Shown here: in pieces, positions 1-14,000 of the stretch
Position numbering within the stretch: the first letter of the stretch is position 1
Layout: each line of letters starts with the position of its first letter
Assembly (NCBI RefSeq): GCF_009914755.1
Contig: NC_060934.1
Source: the human T2T-CHM13v2.0 reference genome, Homo sapiens
DNA length: 64,000 bases
Reading direction: 5' to 3' (one strand)
Made by a program: the position numbers and the translations under genes
Notes under the pieces: model-generated
Seen by the model: the letters and a program-made list of their open reading frames with translations, nothing else
What the model was told of the DNA's origin: nothing
Database searches by the model: none

Positions 1-724
1 ATCATCGAATGGACTCGAATGGAATCATCTAATGGAATGGAATGGAATAATCCATGGACCCGAATGCAATCATCATCGAATAGAATCGAATGCAATCATC
101 GAATGGACTCGAATGGAATAATCATTGAACGAAATCGAATGGAATCATCGTCGAATGGAAACGAATGGAATCATCATCGAATGGAAATGAAAGGAGTCAT
201 CATCTAATGGAATCGCATGGAATCATCATCAAATGGAATCAAATGGAATCATCATCGAATGGAATCTAATGGAATCATTGAACGGAATTGCATGGAATCG
301 TCATCGAATGAATTGAATGCAATCATCGAATGGTCTCGATTGGAATCATCTTCAAATGGAATGGAATGGAATCATCGCATAGAATCGAATGGAATTATCA
401 TCGAATGGACTCAAATGGAATCAACATCAAACGGAATCAAACGGAATTATCGAATGGAATCGAAGAGAATCATCGAATGGACTCGAATGGAATCATCTAA
501 TGAAATAGAATGGAATAATCCATGGACTCGAATGCAATCATCATCAAATGGAATCGAATGGAATCGTCGAATGGACTCGAGTGGAATAAACATTCAACGG
601 AATCGAATGGAATCGTCACCGGATGGAAACGAATGGAATCATCATCGAATGGAATCGAATGGAATCATCAAATGGAATCAGATGAAATCATCATCAAATG
701 GATTCGAATAGAATTATGGAATGA

Positions 725-2540
725 AATCCAATGTGATCATCATCGAATGGACTCAAACGGAATCATCATCCAATGGAAACTAATGGAATCAACATCGAAT
801 GGAATCGAATGGAAACGCCATCGAATTGAAACGAATGGAATTATCATGAAATTGAAATGGATGGACTCATCATCGAATGGATTCGAATGGAATCACCGAA
901 TGAAATTGATAGAAATCATCATCAAATGGAATCGAAGGGAATCATTGAATGGAATCGAATGGAATCATCATCAGATGGAAATGAATGGAATCATCATTGA
1001 ATGGAATCGAATGGATTCTTTGAATGGAATCTGATGGAATCATCGAATGGTTTTGAATGGAATCATTGAATGGACTCGAATGGAATCTTTATTGAATGGA
1101 ATTGAATGGAATCATCGAATGGTCACGAATGGAATCATTATCAAATGGAATCGAATGGAATCACCGAATAGAATCGAATGGAACAATCATCGAATGGACT
1201 CAAATGGAATTATCCTCAAATGGAATCAAATGGAATTATCGAATGCAATCGAATGGAATTATCGAATGCAATCGAATAGAATCATCGAATGGACTCGAAT
1301 GGTATCATCGAATGGAACGGAATGGAATAGTCAATGAACTCGAATGGAATCATCATTGAATGGAATTGAATGGAATCATCAAGTGGAATCGAATGGAATC
1401 ATGATCAAATGGAATCGAATGTAATCATCATCAAATGGAATCCAAATTAACCATCATCACTTGGTATTGAATGGAATTGTCATCAAATGGAATTCAAAGG
1501 AATCATCATGAAATGGAACCGAATGGAATCATCATTGAATGGAAATGAAAGGAGTCATCATCTAATGGAATCGCATGGAATCATCATCAAATGGAATCGA
1601 ATGGAATCATCATCAAATGGAATCTAATGGAATCATTGAACGGAATTGAATGGAATCGTCATCGAATGAATTGAGTGCAATCATCGAATGGTCTCGAAAG
1701 GAATAATCTTCAAATGGAAAGGAATGGAATCATCTCATAGAATCGAATGGAATTATCAACGAATGGACTCGAATGGAATCAACATCAAACGGAATTATCG
1801 AATGGAATCGAAGAGAATCATCGAATGGCCACGAATGGAATCATCTAATGGAATGGAATGGAATAATCCATGGACCCGAATGCAATCATCATCGAATAGA
1901 ATCGAATGCAATCATCGAATGGACACGAATGGAATAATCATTGAACGGAATCGAATGGAATCATCGTCGAATGGAAACGCATGGAATCATCATCGAATGG
2001 AAATGAAAGGAGTCATCATCTAATGGAATCGCACGGAATCATCATCAAATGGAATCCAATGGAATCATCATCGAATGGAATCTAATGGAATAATTGAACG
2101 GAATTGAATCGAATCGTCATCGAATGAATTGAATGCAATCATCGAATGGTCTCGAATGTAACCATCTTCAAATGGAATGGAATGGAATCATCGCATAGAA
2201 TCGAATGGAATTATCATCGAATGGACTCAAATGGAATCAACATCAAACGGAATCAAACGGAATTATCCAATGGAATCGAAGAGAATCATCGAATGGACTC
2301 GAATGGAATCATCTAATGAAATAGAATGGAATAATCCATGGACTCGAATGCAATCATCATCAAATGGAATCGAATGGAATCGTCGAATGGACTCGAGTGG
2401 AATAAACATTCAACGGAATCGAATGGAATCGTCACCGGATGGAAACGAATGGAATCATCATCGAATGGAATCGAATGGAATCATCAAATGGAATCAGATG
2501 AAATCATCATCAAATGGATTCGAATAGAATTATGGAATGA
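725..2540. repeat. Representative 1816-bp monomer (other copies are 1826 bp)
   Basis: The once-per-unit landmark AATCCAATGTG is at 725, 2541, 4357, 6753, 9141, 11019, 12835, 14661, 16477, 18303, 20119, 21935, 23761, 25577, 27965, 29791, 31607, 34028, 35844, 38265, 40091, 42512, 44338, 46154, 48575, 50391, 52217, 54033, 55859, 57675, 59501, 61096 and 63503. The 1816/1826 difference is a 10-bp indel (AACATCAAACGGAATTATC vs AACATCAAACGGAATCAAACGGAATTATC). There is typically one EcoRI site per unit, e.g. 1490-1495. Confidence 0.93.
1540..2470. repeat. Two diverged ~468-bp tandem sub-repeats inside each monomer
   Basis: GGAGTCATCATCTAAT occurs at 1551 and 2009 (458 apart, spanning the 10-bp deletion). 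GAAGAGAATCATC occurs at 1810 and 2278 (468 apart). GGAATAATCCATGGAC also occurs twice per unit. Boundaries are approximate. Confidence 0.85.
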
Positions 2541-4980
2541 AATCCAATGTGATCATCATCGAATGGACACGAACGGAATCATCATCCAATGGAAACAAAT
2601 GGAATCAACATCGAATGGAATCGAATGGAAACGCCATCGAAAGGAAACGAATGGAATTATCATGAAATTGAAATGGATGGACTCATCATCGAATGGATTC
2701 GAATGGAATCACCGAATGAAATTGATAGAAATCATCATCAAATGGAATCGAATGGAATCATTGAATGGAATCGAATGGAATCATCATCAGATGGAAATGA
2801 ATGGAATCATCACTGAATGGAATCGAATGGATTCATTGAATGGAATCTGATGGAATCATCGAATGGACTTGAATGGAATCATTGAATGGACTCGAATGGA
2901 ATCTTTATTGAATGGAATTGAATGGAATCATCGAATGGTCTCGAATGGAATCATTATCAAATGGAATCGAATGGAATCACCGAATAGAATCGAATGGAAC
3001 AATCATCGAATGGACTCAAATGGAATTATCCTCAAATGGAATCGAATGGATTTATCGAATGCAATCGAATGGAATTATCGAAAGCAATCGAATAGAATCA
3101 TCGAATGGACTCGAATGGAATCATCAAATGGAATGGAATGGAAGAGTCAATGAACTCGAATGGAATCATCATTGAATGGAATCGAATGGAATCATCGAGT
3201 GGAATCGAATGGAATCATGATCAAATGGAATCGAATGTAATCATCATCAAATGGAATCCAAAATCACCATCATCAATTGGTACTGAATGGAATTGTCATC
3301 AAATGGAATTCAAAGGAATCATCATCAAATGGAACCGAATGGAATCCTCATTGAATGGAAATGAAAGGAGTCATCATCTAATGGAATCGCATGGAATCAT
3401 CATCAAATGGAATCGAATGGAATCATCATCAAATGGAATCGAATGGAATCATTGAACGGAATTGAATGGAATCGTCATCGAATGAATTGAGTGCAATCAT
3501 CGAATGGTCTCGAAAGGAATAATCTTCAAATGGAAAGGAATGGAATCATCTCATAGAATCGAATGGAATTATCAACGAATGGACTCGAATGGAATCAACA
3601 TCAAACGGAATTATCGAATGGAATCGAAGAGAATCATCGAATGGCCACGAATGGAATCATCTAATGGAATGGAATGGAATAATCCATGGACCCGAATGCA
3701 ATCATCATCGAATAGAATCGAATGGAATCATCGAATGGACACGAATGGAATTATCATTGAACGGAATCGAATGGAATCATCATCGAATGGAAACGCATGG
3801 AATCATCATCGAATGAAAATGAAAGGAGTCATCATCTAATGGAATCGCACGGAATCATCATCAAATGGAATCGAATGGAATCATCATCGAATGGAATCTA
3901 ATGGAATAATTGAACGGAAGTGAATGGAATCGTCATCGAATGAATTGAATGCAATCATCGAATGGTCTCGAATGTAACCATCTTCAAATGGAATGGAATG
4001 GAATCATCGCATAGAATCGAATGGAATTATCATCGAATGGACTCAAATGGAATCAACATCAAACGGAATCAAACGGAATTATCGAATGGAATCGAAGAGA
4101 ATCATCGAATGGACTCGAATGGAATCATCTAATGAAATAGAATGGAATAATCCATGGACTCGAATGCAATCATCATCAAATGGAATCGAATGGAATCGTC
4201 GAATGGACTCGAGTGGAATAAACATTCAACGGAATCGAATGGAATCGTCACCGGATGGAAACGAATGGAATCATCATCGAATGGAATCGAATGGAATCAT
4301 CAAATGGAATCAGATGAAATCATCATCAAATGGATTCGAATAGAATTATGGAATGAAATCCAATGTGATCATCATCGAATGGACACGAACGGAATCATCA
4401 TCCAATGGAAACAAATGGAATCAACATCGAATGGAATCGAATGGAAAGGCCATCGAAAGGAAACGAATGGAATTATCATGAAATTGAAATGGATGGACTC
4501 ATCATCGAATGGATTCGAATGGAATCACCGAATGAAATTGATAGAAATCATCATCAAATGGAATCGAATGGAATCATTGAATGGAATCGAATGGAATCAT
4601 CATCAGATGGAAATGAATGGAATCATCACTGAATGGAATCGAATGGATTCATTGAATGGAATCTGATGGAATCATCGAATGGACTTGACTGGAATCATTG
4701 AATGGACTCGAATGGAATCTTTATTGAATGGAATTGAATGGAATCATCGAATGGTCTCGAATGGAATCATTATCAAATGGAATCGAATGGAATCACCGAA
4801 TAGAATCGAATGGAACAATCATCGAATGGACTCAAATGGAATTATCCTCAAATGGAATCGAATGGATTTATCGAATGCAATTGAATGGAATTATCGAAAG
4901 CAATCGAATAGAATCATCGAATGGACTCGAATGGAATCATCGAATGGAATGGAATGGAAGAGTCAATGAACTCGAATGGA

Positions 4981-5500
4981 ATCATCATTGAATGGACTCG
5001 AACGGAATCATCATCCAATGGAAACTAATGGAATCAACATCAAATGGAATCGAATGGAAACACCATCGAATTGAAACGAATGGAATTATCATGAAATTGA
5101 AATGGATGGACTCATCATCGAATGGATTTGAATGGAATCACTGAATGAAATTGATTGAAATCATCATCGAATGGAATCATTGAATGGAATCGAATGGAAT
5201 CATCATGAGATGGAAATGAACGGAATCATCATAGAATGGAATCGAACGGATTCATTGAATGGAATCAGATGGAATCTTCGAATGGACATGAATGGAATCA
5301 TTGAATGGACTCGAATGGAATCATTATTGAATAGAATTGAATGGAATCATTGAACGGCCTCGAATGGAATAATTATGAAATGAAATCGAATGGAATCACC
5401 GAATAGAATCGAATGGAACAATCATCGAATGCACTCAAATGGAATTATCCTCAAATGGAATAGAATGGAATTATCGAATGCAGTCGAATAGAATCATCGA
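4981..5500. repeat. Partial copy of a diverged C-type monomer segment inserted out of register
   Basis: At 4981-4996 the phase jumps back 613 bp. The segment carries C alleles (AAACACCATC, GATTTGAATG, CATGAGATGG, GGACATGAAT, GAACGGCCTC, ATGCACTCAA) also seen at ~6765-7420 and ~25590-26245. Confidence 0.82.
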
Positions 5501-7375
5501 ATGGACTCGAATGGTATCATCGAATGGAACGGAATGGAATAGTCAATGAACTCGAATGGAATCATCATTGAATGGAATTGAATGGAATCATCGAGTGGAA
5601 TCGAATGGAATCATGATCAAATGGAATCGAATGTAATCATCATCAAATGGAATCCAAATTAACCATCATCACTTGGTATTGAATGGAATTGTCATCAAAT
5701 GGAATTCAAAGGAATCATCATGAAATGGAACCGAATGGAATCATCATTGAATGGAAATGAAAGGAGTCATCATCTAATGGAATCGCATGGAATCATCATC
5801 AAATGGAATCGAATGGAATCATCACCAAATGGAATCTAATGGAATCATTGAACGGAATTGAATGGAATCGTCATCGAATGAATTGAGTGCAATCATCGAA
5901 TGGTCTCGAAAGGAATAATCTTCAAATGGAAAGGAATGGAATCATCTCATAGAATCGAATGGAATTATCAACGAATGGACTCGAATGGAATCAACATCAA
6001 ACGGAATTATCGAATGGAATCGAAGAGAATCATCGAATGGCCACGAATGGAATCATCTAATGGAATGGAATGGAATAATCCATGGACCCGAATGCAATCA
6101 TCATCGAATAGAATCGAATGGAATCATCGAATGGACACGAATGGAATAATCATTGAACGGAATCGAATGGAATCATCGTCGAATGGAAACGCATGGAATC
6201 ATCATCGAATGGAAATGAAAGGAGTCATCATCTAATGGAATCGCACGGAATCATCATCAAATGGAATGGAATGGAATCATCATCGAATGGAATCTAATGG
6301 AATAATTGAACGGAAGTGAATGGAATCGTCATCGAATGAATTGAATGCAATCATCGAATGGTCTTGAATGGAATCATCTTCAAATGGAATGGAATAGAAT
6401 CATCGCATAGAATCGAATGGAATTATCATCGAATGGACTCAAATGGAATCAACATCAAACGGAATCAAACGGAATTATCGAATGGAATCGAAGAGAATCA
6501 TCGAATGGACTCGAATGGAATCATCTAATGAAATAGAATGGAATAATCCATGGACTCGAATGCAATCATCATCAAATGGAATCGAATGGAATCGTCGAAT
6601 GGACTCGAGTGGAATAAACATTCAACGGAATCGAATGAAATCGTCACCGGATGGAAACGAAGGGAATCATCATCGAATGGAATCGAATGGAATCATCAAA
6701 TGGAATCAGATGGAATCATCATCAAATGGAATCGAATAGAATTATGGAATGAAATCCAATGTGATCATCATTGAATGGACTCGAACGGAATCATCATCCA
6801 ATGGAAACTAATGGAATCAACATCAAATGGAATCGAATGGAAACACCATCGAATTGAAACGAATGGAATTATCATGAAATTGAAATGGATGGACTCATCA
6901 TCGAATGGATTTGAATGGAATCACCGAATGAAATTGATTGAAATCATCATCGAATGGAGTCATTGAATGGAATCGAATGGAATCATCATGAGATGGAAAT
7001 GAACGGAATCATCATAGAATGGAATCGAACGGATTCATTGAATGGAATCAGATGGAATCTTCGAATGGACATGAATGGAATCATTGAATGGACTCGAATG
7101 GAATCATTATTGAATAGAATTGAATGGAATCATTGAACGGCCTCGAATGGAATAATTATGAAATGAAATCGAATGGAATCACCGAATAGAATCGAATGGA
7201 ACAATCATCGAATGCACTCAAATGGAATTATCCTCAAATGGAATAGAATGGAATTATCGAATGCAACCGAATAGAATCATCGAATGGACTCGAATGGTAT
7301 CATCGAATGGAACGGAATGGAATAGTCAATGAACTCGAATGGAATCATCATTGAATGGAATCGAATGGAATCATT

Positions 7376-8565
7376 GAGAGGAATCGAATGGAATCCTGAT
7401 CAAATGCAATCGAATGTAATCATCATCAAATGGAATCCAAATTAACCATCATCACTTGGTATTGAATGGAATTGTCATCAAATGGAATTCAAAGGAATCA
7501 TCATGAAGTGGAACCGAATGGAATCATCATTGAATGGAAATGAAAGGAGTCATCATCTAATGGAATCGCATGGAGTCATCATCAAATGGAATCGAATGGA
7601 ATCATCATCAAATGGAATCTAATGGAATCATTGAACGGAATTGAATGGAATCGTCATCGAATGAATTGAGTGCAATCATCGAATGGTCTCGAATGGAATC
7701 ATCTTCAAATGGAAAGGAATGGAATCATCGCATAGAATCGAATGGAATTATCATCGAATGGACCCGAATGGAATCAACATCAAACGGAATCAAACGGAAT
7801 TATCGAATGGAATCGAAGAGAATCATCGAATGGCCACGAATGGAATCATCTAATGGAATGGAATGGAATAATCCATGGACACGAATGCAATCATCATCGA
7901 ATAGAATCGAATGGAATCATCGAATGGACTCGAATGGAATAATCATTGAACACAATCGAATGGAATCATCGAGTGGAATCGAATGGAATCATGATCAAAT
8001 GGAATCGAATGTAATCATCATCAAATGGAATCCAAAATCACCATCATCAATTGGTACTGAATGGAATTGTCATCAAATGGAATTCAAAGGAATCATCATC
8101 AAATGGAACCGAATGGAATCCTCATTGAATGGAAATGAAAGGAGTCATCATCTAATGGAATCGCATGGAATCATCATCAAATGGAATCGAATGGAATCAT
8201 CATCAAATGGAATCGAATGGAATCATTGAACGGAATTGAATCGAATCGTCATCGAATGAATTGAATGCAATCATCGAATGGTCTCGAATGGAATAATCTT
8301 CAAATGGAAAGGAATGGAATCATCGCATAGAATCGAATGGAATTATCAACGAATGGACTCGAATGGAATCAACATCAAACGGAATCAAACGGAATTCTCG
8401 AATGGAATCGAAGAGAATCATCGAATGGCCACGAATGGAATCATGTAATTGAATGGAATGGAATAATCCATGGACCCGAATGCAATCATCATCGAATAGA
8501 ATCGAATGGAATCATCGAATGGACACGAATGGAATAATCATTGAATGGAATCGAATGGAATCATC
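7376..8565. repeat. 595-bp intra-monomer tandem duplication (first of six copies)
   Basis: GAG(A/T)GGAATCG occurs at 7376 and 7971, and EcoRI sites are at 7485 and 8080. The same junction is at 26795, 32858, 37095, 41342 and 47405. Confidence 0.88.
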
Positions 8566-10840
8566 GTCGAATGGAAATGCATGGAATCATCATCGAATGG
8601 AAATGAAAGGAGTCATCATCTAATGAAATCGCACGGAATCATCATCAAATGGAATCGAATGGAAGCATCATCGAATGGAATCTAATGGAATCATTGAACG
8701 GAATTGCATGGAATCGTCATCGAATGAATTGAATGCAATCATCGAATGGTCTCGAATGGAATCATCTTCAAATGGAATGGAATGGAATCATCGCATAGAA
8801 TCGAATGGAATTATCATCGAATGGACTCAAATGGAATCAACATCAAACGGAATCAAACGGAATTATCGAATGGAATCGAAGAGAATCATCGAATGGACTC
8901 GAATGGAATCATCTAATGAAATAGAATGGAATAATCCATGGACTCGAATGCAATCATCATCAAATGGAATCGAATGGAATCGTCGAATGGACTCGAGAGG
9001 AATAAACATTCAACGGAATCGAATGGAATCGTCACCGGATGGAAACGAATGGAATCATCATCGAATGGAATCGAATGGAATCATCAAATGGAATCAGACG
9101 GAATCATCATCAAATGGAATCAAATAGAATTATGGAGTGAAATCCAATGTGATCATCATCGAATGGACTCGAACGGAATCATCATCCAATGGAAACTAAT
9201 GGAATCAACATCGAATGGAATCGAATGGAAACGCCATCGAATTGAAACGAATGGAATTATCATGAAATTGAAATGGATGGACTCATCATCGAATGGATTC
9301 GAATGGAATCACCGAATGAAATTGATAGAAATCATCATCAAATGGAATCGAATGGAATCATTGAATGGAATCGAATGGAATCATCATCAGATGGAAATGA
9401 ATGGAATCATCATTGAATGGAATCGAATGGATTCTTTGAATGGAATCTGATGGAATCATCGAATGGTCTTGAATGGAATCATTGAATGGACTCGAATGGA
9501 ATCTTTATTGAATGGAATTGAATGGAATCATCGAATGGTCACGAATGGAATCATTATCAAATGGAATCGAATGGAATCACGGAATAGAATCGAATGGAAC
9601 AATCATCGAATGGACTCAAATGGAATTATCCTCAAATGGAATGGAATGGATTTATCGAATGAAATCGAATGGAATTATCGAAAGCATTCGAATAGAATCA
9701 TCGAATGGACTCGAATGGAATCATCGAATGGAATGGAATGGAAGAGTCAATGAACTCGAATGGAATCATCATTGAATGGAATCGAATGGAATCATCGAGT
9801 GGAATCGAATGGAATCATGATCAAATGGAATGGAATGTAATCATCATCAAATGGAATCCAAAATCACCATCATCAATTGGTACTGAATGGAATTGTCATC
9901 AAATGGAATTCAAAGGAATCATCATCAAATGGAACCGAATGGAATCCTCATTGAATGGAAATGAAAGGAGTCATCATCTAATGGAATCGCATGGAATCAT
10001 CATCAAATGGAATCGAATGGAATCATCATCAAATGGAATCGAATGGAATCATTGAACGGAATTGAATCGAATCGTCATCGAATGAATTGAATGCAATCAT
10101 CGAATGGTCTCGAATGGAATCATCTTCAAATGGAAAGGAATGGAATCATCGCATAGAATCGAATGGAATTATCATCGAATGGACTCGAATGGAATCAACA
10201 TCAAACGGAATCAAACGGAATTATCGAATGGAATCGAAGAGAATCATCGAATGGACTCGAATGGAATCATCTAATGGAATGGAATGGAATAATCCATGGA
10301 CCCGAATGCAATCATCATCGAATAGAATCGAATGCAATCATCGAATGGACTCGAATGGAATAATCATTGAACGGAATCGAATGGAATCATCGTCGAATGG
10401 AAACGCATGGAATCATCATCGAATGGAAATGAAAGGAGTCATCATCTAATGGAATCGCACGGAATCATCATCAAATGGAATCGAATGGAATCATCATCGA
10501 ATGGAATCTAATGGAATAATTGAACGGAAGTGAATGGAATCATCATCGAATGAATTGAATGCAATCATCGAATGGTCTCGAATGTATCCATCTTCAAATG
10601 GAATGGAATGGAATCATCGCATAGAATCGAATGGAATTATCATCGAATGGACTCAAATGGAATCAACATCAAACGGAATCAAACGGAATTATCGAATGGA
10701 ATCGAAGAGAATCATCGAATGGACTCGAATGGAATCATCTAATGGAATAGAATGGAATAATCCCTGGACTCGAATGCAATCATCATCAAATGGAATCGAA
10801 TGGAATCGTCGAATGGACTCGAGTGGAATAAACATTGAAG

Positions 10841-10950
10841 GGAATCGAATGGAATCGTCACCGGATGGAAACGAATGGAATCATCATCGAATGGAATCGA
10901 ATGGAATCGTCACCGGATGGAAACGAATGGAATCATCATCGAATGGAATC
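10841..10950. repeat. 52-bp tandem duplication
   Basis: The normally single-copy GTCACCGGATGGAAACG occurs twice, with CCGG at 10861 and 10913. Landmark spacing here is 1878 = 1826+52. Confidence 0.92.
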
Positions 10951-11018
10951 GAATGGAATCATCAAATGGAATCAGATGGAATCATCATCAAATGGAATCA
11001 AATAGAATTATGGAATGA

Positions 11019-14000
11019 AATCCAATGTGATCATCATCGAATGGACTCGAACGGAATCATCATCCAATGGAAACTAATGGAATCAACATCGAATGGAATC
11101 GAATGGAAACGCCATCGAATTGAAACGAATGGAATTATCATGAAATTGAAATGGATGGACTCATCATCGAATGGATTCGAATGGAATCACCGAATGAAAT
11201 TGATAGAAATCATCATCAAATGGAATCGAATGGAATCATTGAATGGAATCGAATGGAATCATCATCAGATGGAAATGAATGGAATCATCATTGAATGGAA
11301 TCGAATGGATTCTTTGAATGGAATCTGATGGAATCATCGAATGGTCTTGAATGGAATCATTGAATGGACTCGAATGGAATCTTTATTGAATGGAATTGAA
11401 TGGAATCATCGAATGGTCTCGAATGGAATCATTATCAAATGGAATCGAATGGAATCACCGAATAGAATCGAATGGAACAATCATCGAATGGACTCAAATG
11501 GAATTATCCTCAAATGGAATCAAATGGAATTATCGAATGCAATCGAATGTAATTATCGAATGCAATCGAATAGAATCATCGAATGGACTCGAATGGTATC
11601 ATCGAATGGAACGGAATGGAATAGTCAATGAACTCGAATGGAATCATCATTGAATGGAATTGAATGGAATCATCGAGTGGAATCGAATGGAATCATGATC
11701 AAATGGAATCGAATGTAATCATCATCAAATGGAATCCAAATTAACCATCATCACTTGGTATTGAATGGAATTGTCATCAAATGGAATTCAAAGGAATCAT
11801 CATGAAATGGAACCGAATGGAATCATCATTGAATGGAAATGAAAGGAGTCATCATCTAATGGAATCGCATGGAATCATCATCAAATGAAATCGAATGGAA
11901 TCATCATCAAATGGAATCTAATGGAATCATTGAACGGAATTGAATGGAGTCGTCATCGAATGAATTGAGTGCAATCATCGAATGGTCTCGAAAGGAATAA
12001 TCTTCAAATGGAAAGGAATGGAATCATCGCATAGAATCGAATGGAATTATCAAGGAATGGACTCGAATGGGATCAACATCAAACGGAATTATCGAATGGA
12101 ATCGAAGAGAATCATCGAATGGCCACGAATGGAATCATCTAATGGAATGGAATGGAATAATCCATGGACCCGAATGCAATCATCATCGAATAGAATCGAA
12201 TGGAATCATCGAATGGACACGAATGGAATAATCATTGAACGGAATCGAATGGAATCATCGTCGAATGGAAACGCATGGAATCATCATCGAATGGAAATGA
12301 AAGGAGTCATCATCTAATGGAATCGCACAGAATCATCATCAAATGGAATCGAATGGAATCATCATCGAATGGAATCTAATGGAATAATTGAACGGAAGTG
12401 AATGGAATCGTCATCGAATGAATTGAATGCAATCATCAAATGGTCTCGAATGTAACCATCTTCAAATGGAATGGAATGGAATCATCGCATAGAATCGAAT
12501 GGAATTATCATCGAATGGACTCAAATGGAATCAACATCAAACGGAATCAAACGGAATTATCGAATGGAATCGAAGAGAATCATCGAATGGACTCGAATGG
12601 AATCATCTAATGAAATAGAATGGAATAATCCATGGACTCGAATGCAATCATCATCAAATGGAATCGAATGGAATCGTCGAATGGACTCGAGTGGAATAAA
12701 CATTCAACGGAATCGAATGGAATCGTCACCGGTTGGAAACGAATGGAATCATCATCGACTGGAATCGAATGGAATCATCAAATGGAATCAGATGAAATCA
12801 TCATCAAATGGATTCGAATAGAATTATGGAATGAAATCCAATGTGATCATCATCGAATGGACACGAACGGAATCATCATCCAATGGAAACAAATGGAATC
12901 AACATCGAATGGAATCGAATGGAAACGCCATCGAAAGGAAACGAATGGAATTATCATGAAATTGAAATGGATGGACTCATCATCGAATGGATTCGAATGG
13001 AATCACCGAATGAAATTGATTGAAATCATCATCAAATGGAATCGAATGGAATCATTGAATGGAATCGAATGGAATCATCATCAGATGGAAATGAATGGAA
13101 TCATCACTGAATGGAATCGAATGGATTCATTGAATGGAATCTGATGGAATCATCGAATGGACTTGAATGGAATCATTGAATGGACTCGAATTGAATCTTT
13201 ATTGAATGGAATTGAATGGAATCATCGAATGGTCTCGAATGGAATCATTATCAAATGGAATCGAATGGAATCACCGAATAGAATCGAATGGAACAATCAT
13301 CGAATGGACTCAAATGGAATTATCCTCAAATGGAATCAAATGGATTTATCGAATGCAATCGAATGGAATTATCGAAAGCAATCGAATAGAATCATCGAAT
13401 GGACTCGAATGGAATCATCGAATGGAATGGAATGGAATAGTCAAGGAACTCGAATGGAATCATCATTGAATGGAATCGAATGGAATCATCGAGTGGAATC
13501 GAATGGAATCATGATCAAATGGAATCGAATGTAATCATCATCAAATGGAATCCAAAATCACCATCATCAATTGGTACTGAATGGAATTGTCATCAAATGG
13601 AATTCAAAGGAATCATCATCAAATGGAACCGAATGGAATCCTCATTGAATGGAAATGAAAGGAGTCATCATCTAATGGAATCGCATGGAATCATCATCAA
13701 ATGGAATCGAATGGAATCATCATCAAATGGAATCGAATGGAATCATTGAACGGAATTGAATCGAATCGTCATCGAATGAATTGAATGCAATCAACGAATG
13801 GTCTCGAATGGAATCATCTTCAAATGGAAAGGAATGGAATCATCGCATAGAATCGAATGGAATTATCATCGAATGGACTCGAATGGAATCAACATCAAAC
13901 GGAATCAAACGGAATTATCGAATGGAAGCGAAGAGAATCATCGAATGGACTCGAATGGAATCATCTAATGGAATGGAATGTAATAATCCATGGACCCGAA

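Noticed and set aside
581-600. AATAAA once per unit as a polyadenylation signal, and specific TF sites (DUX4, HSF1, TEAD)
   Set aside because: Short motifs are expected by chance in this composition. No downstream GU-rich element or exact DUX4 consensus could be verified by eye, so functional data would be needed.
10534-11328. Longest ORF (264 aa)
   Set aside because: It arises because the 52-bp duplication shifts frame and fuses two repeat-derived ORFs. The 187-194 aa ORFs similarly arise from the 595-bp duplication.
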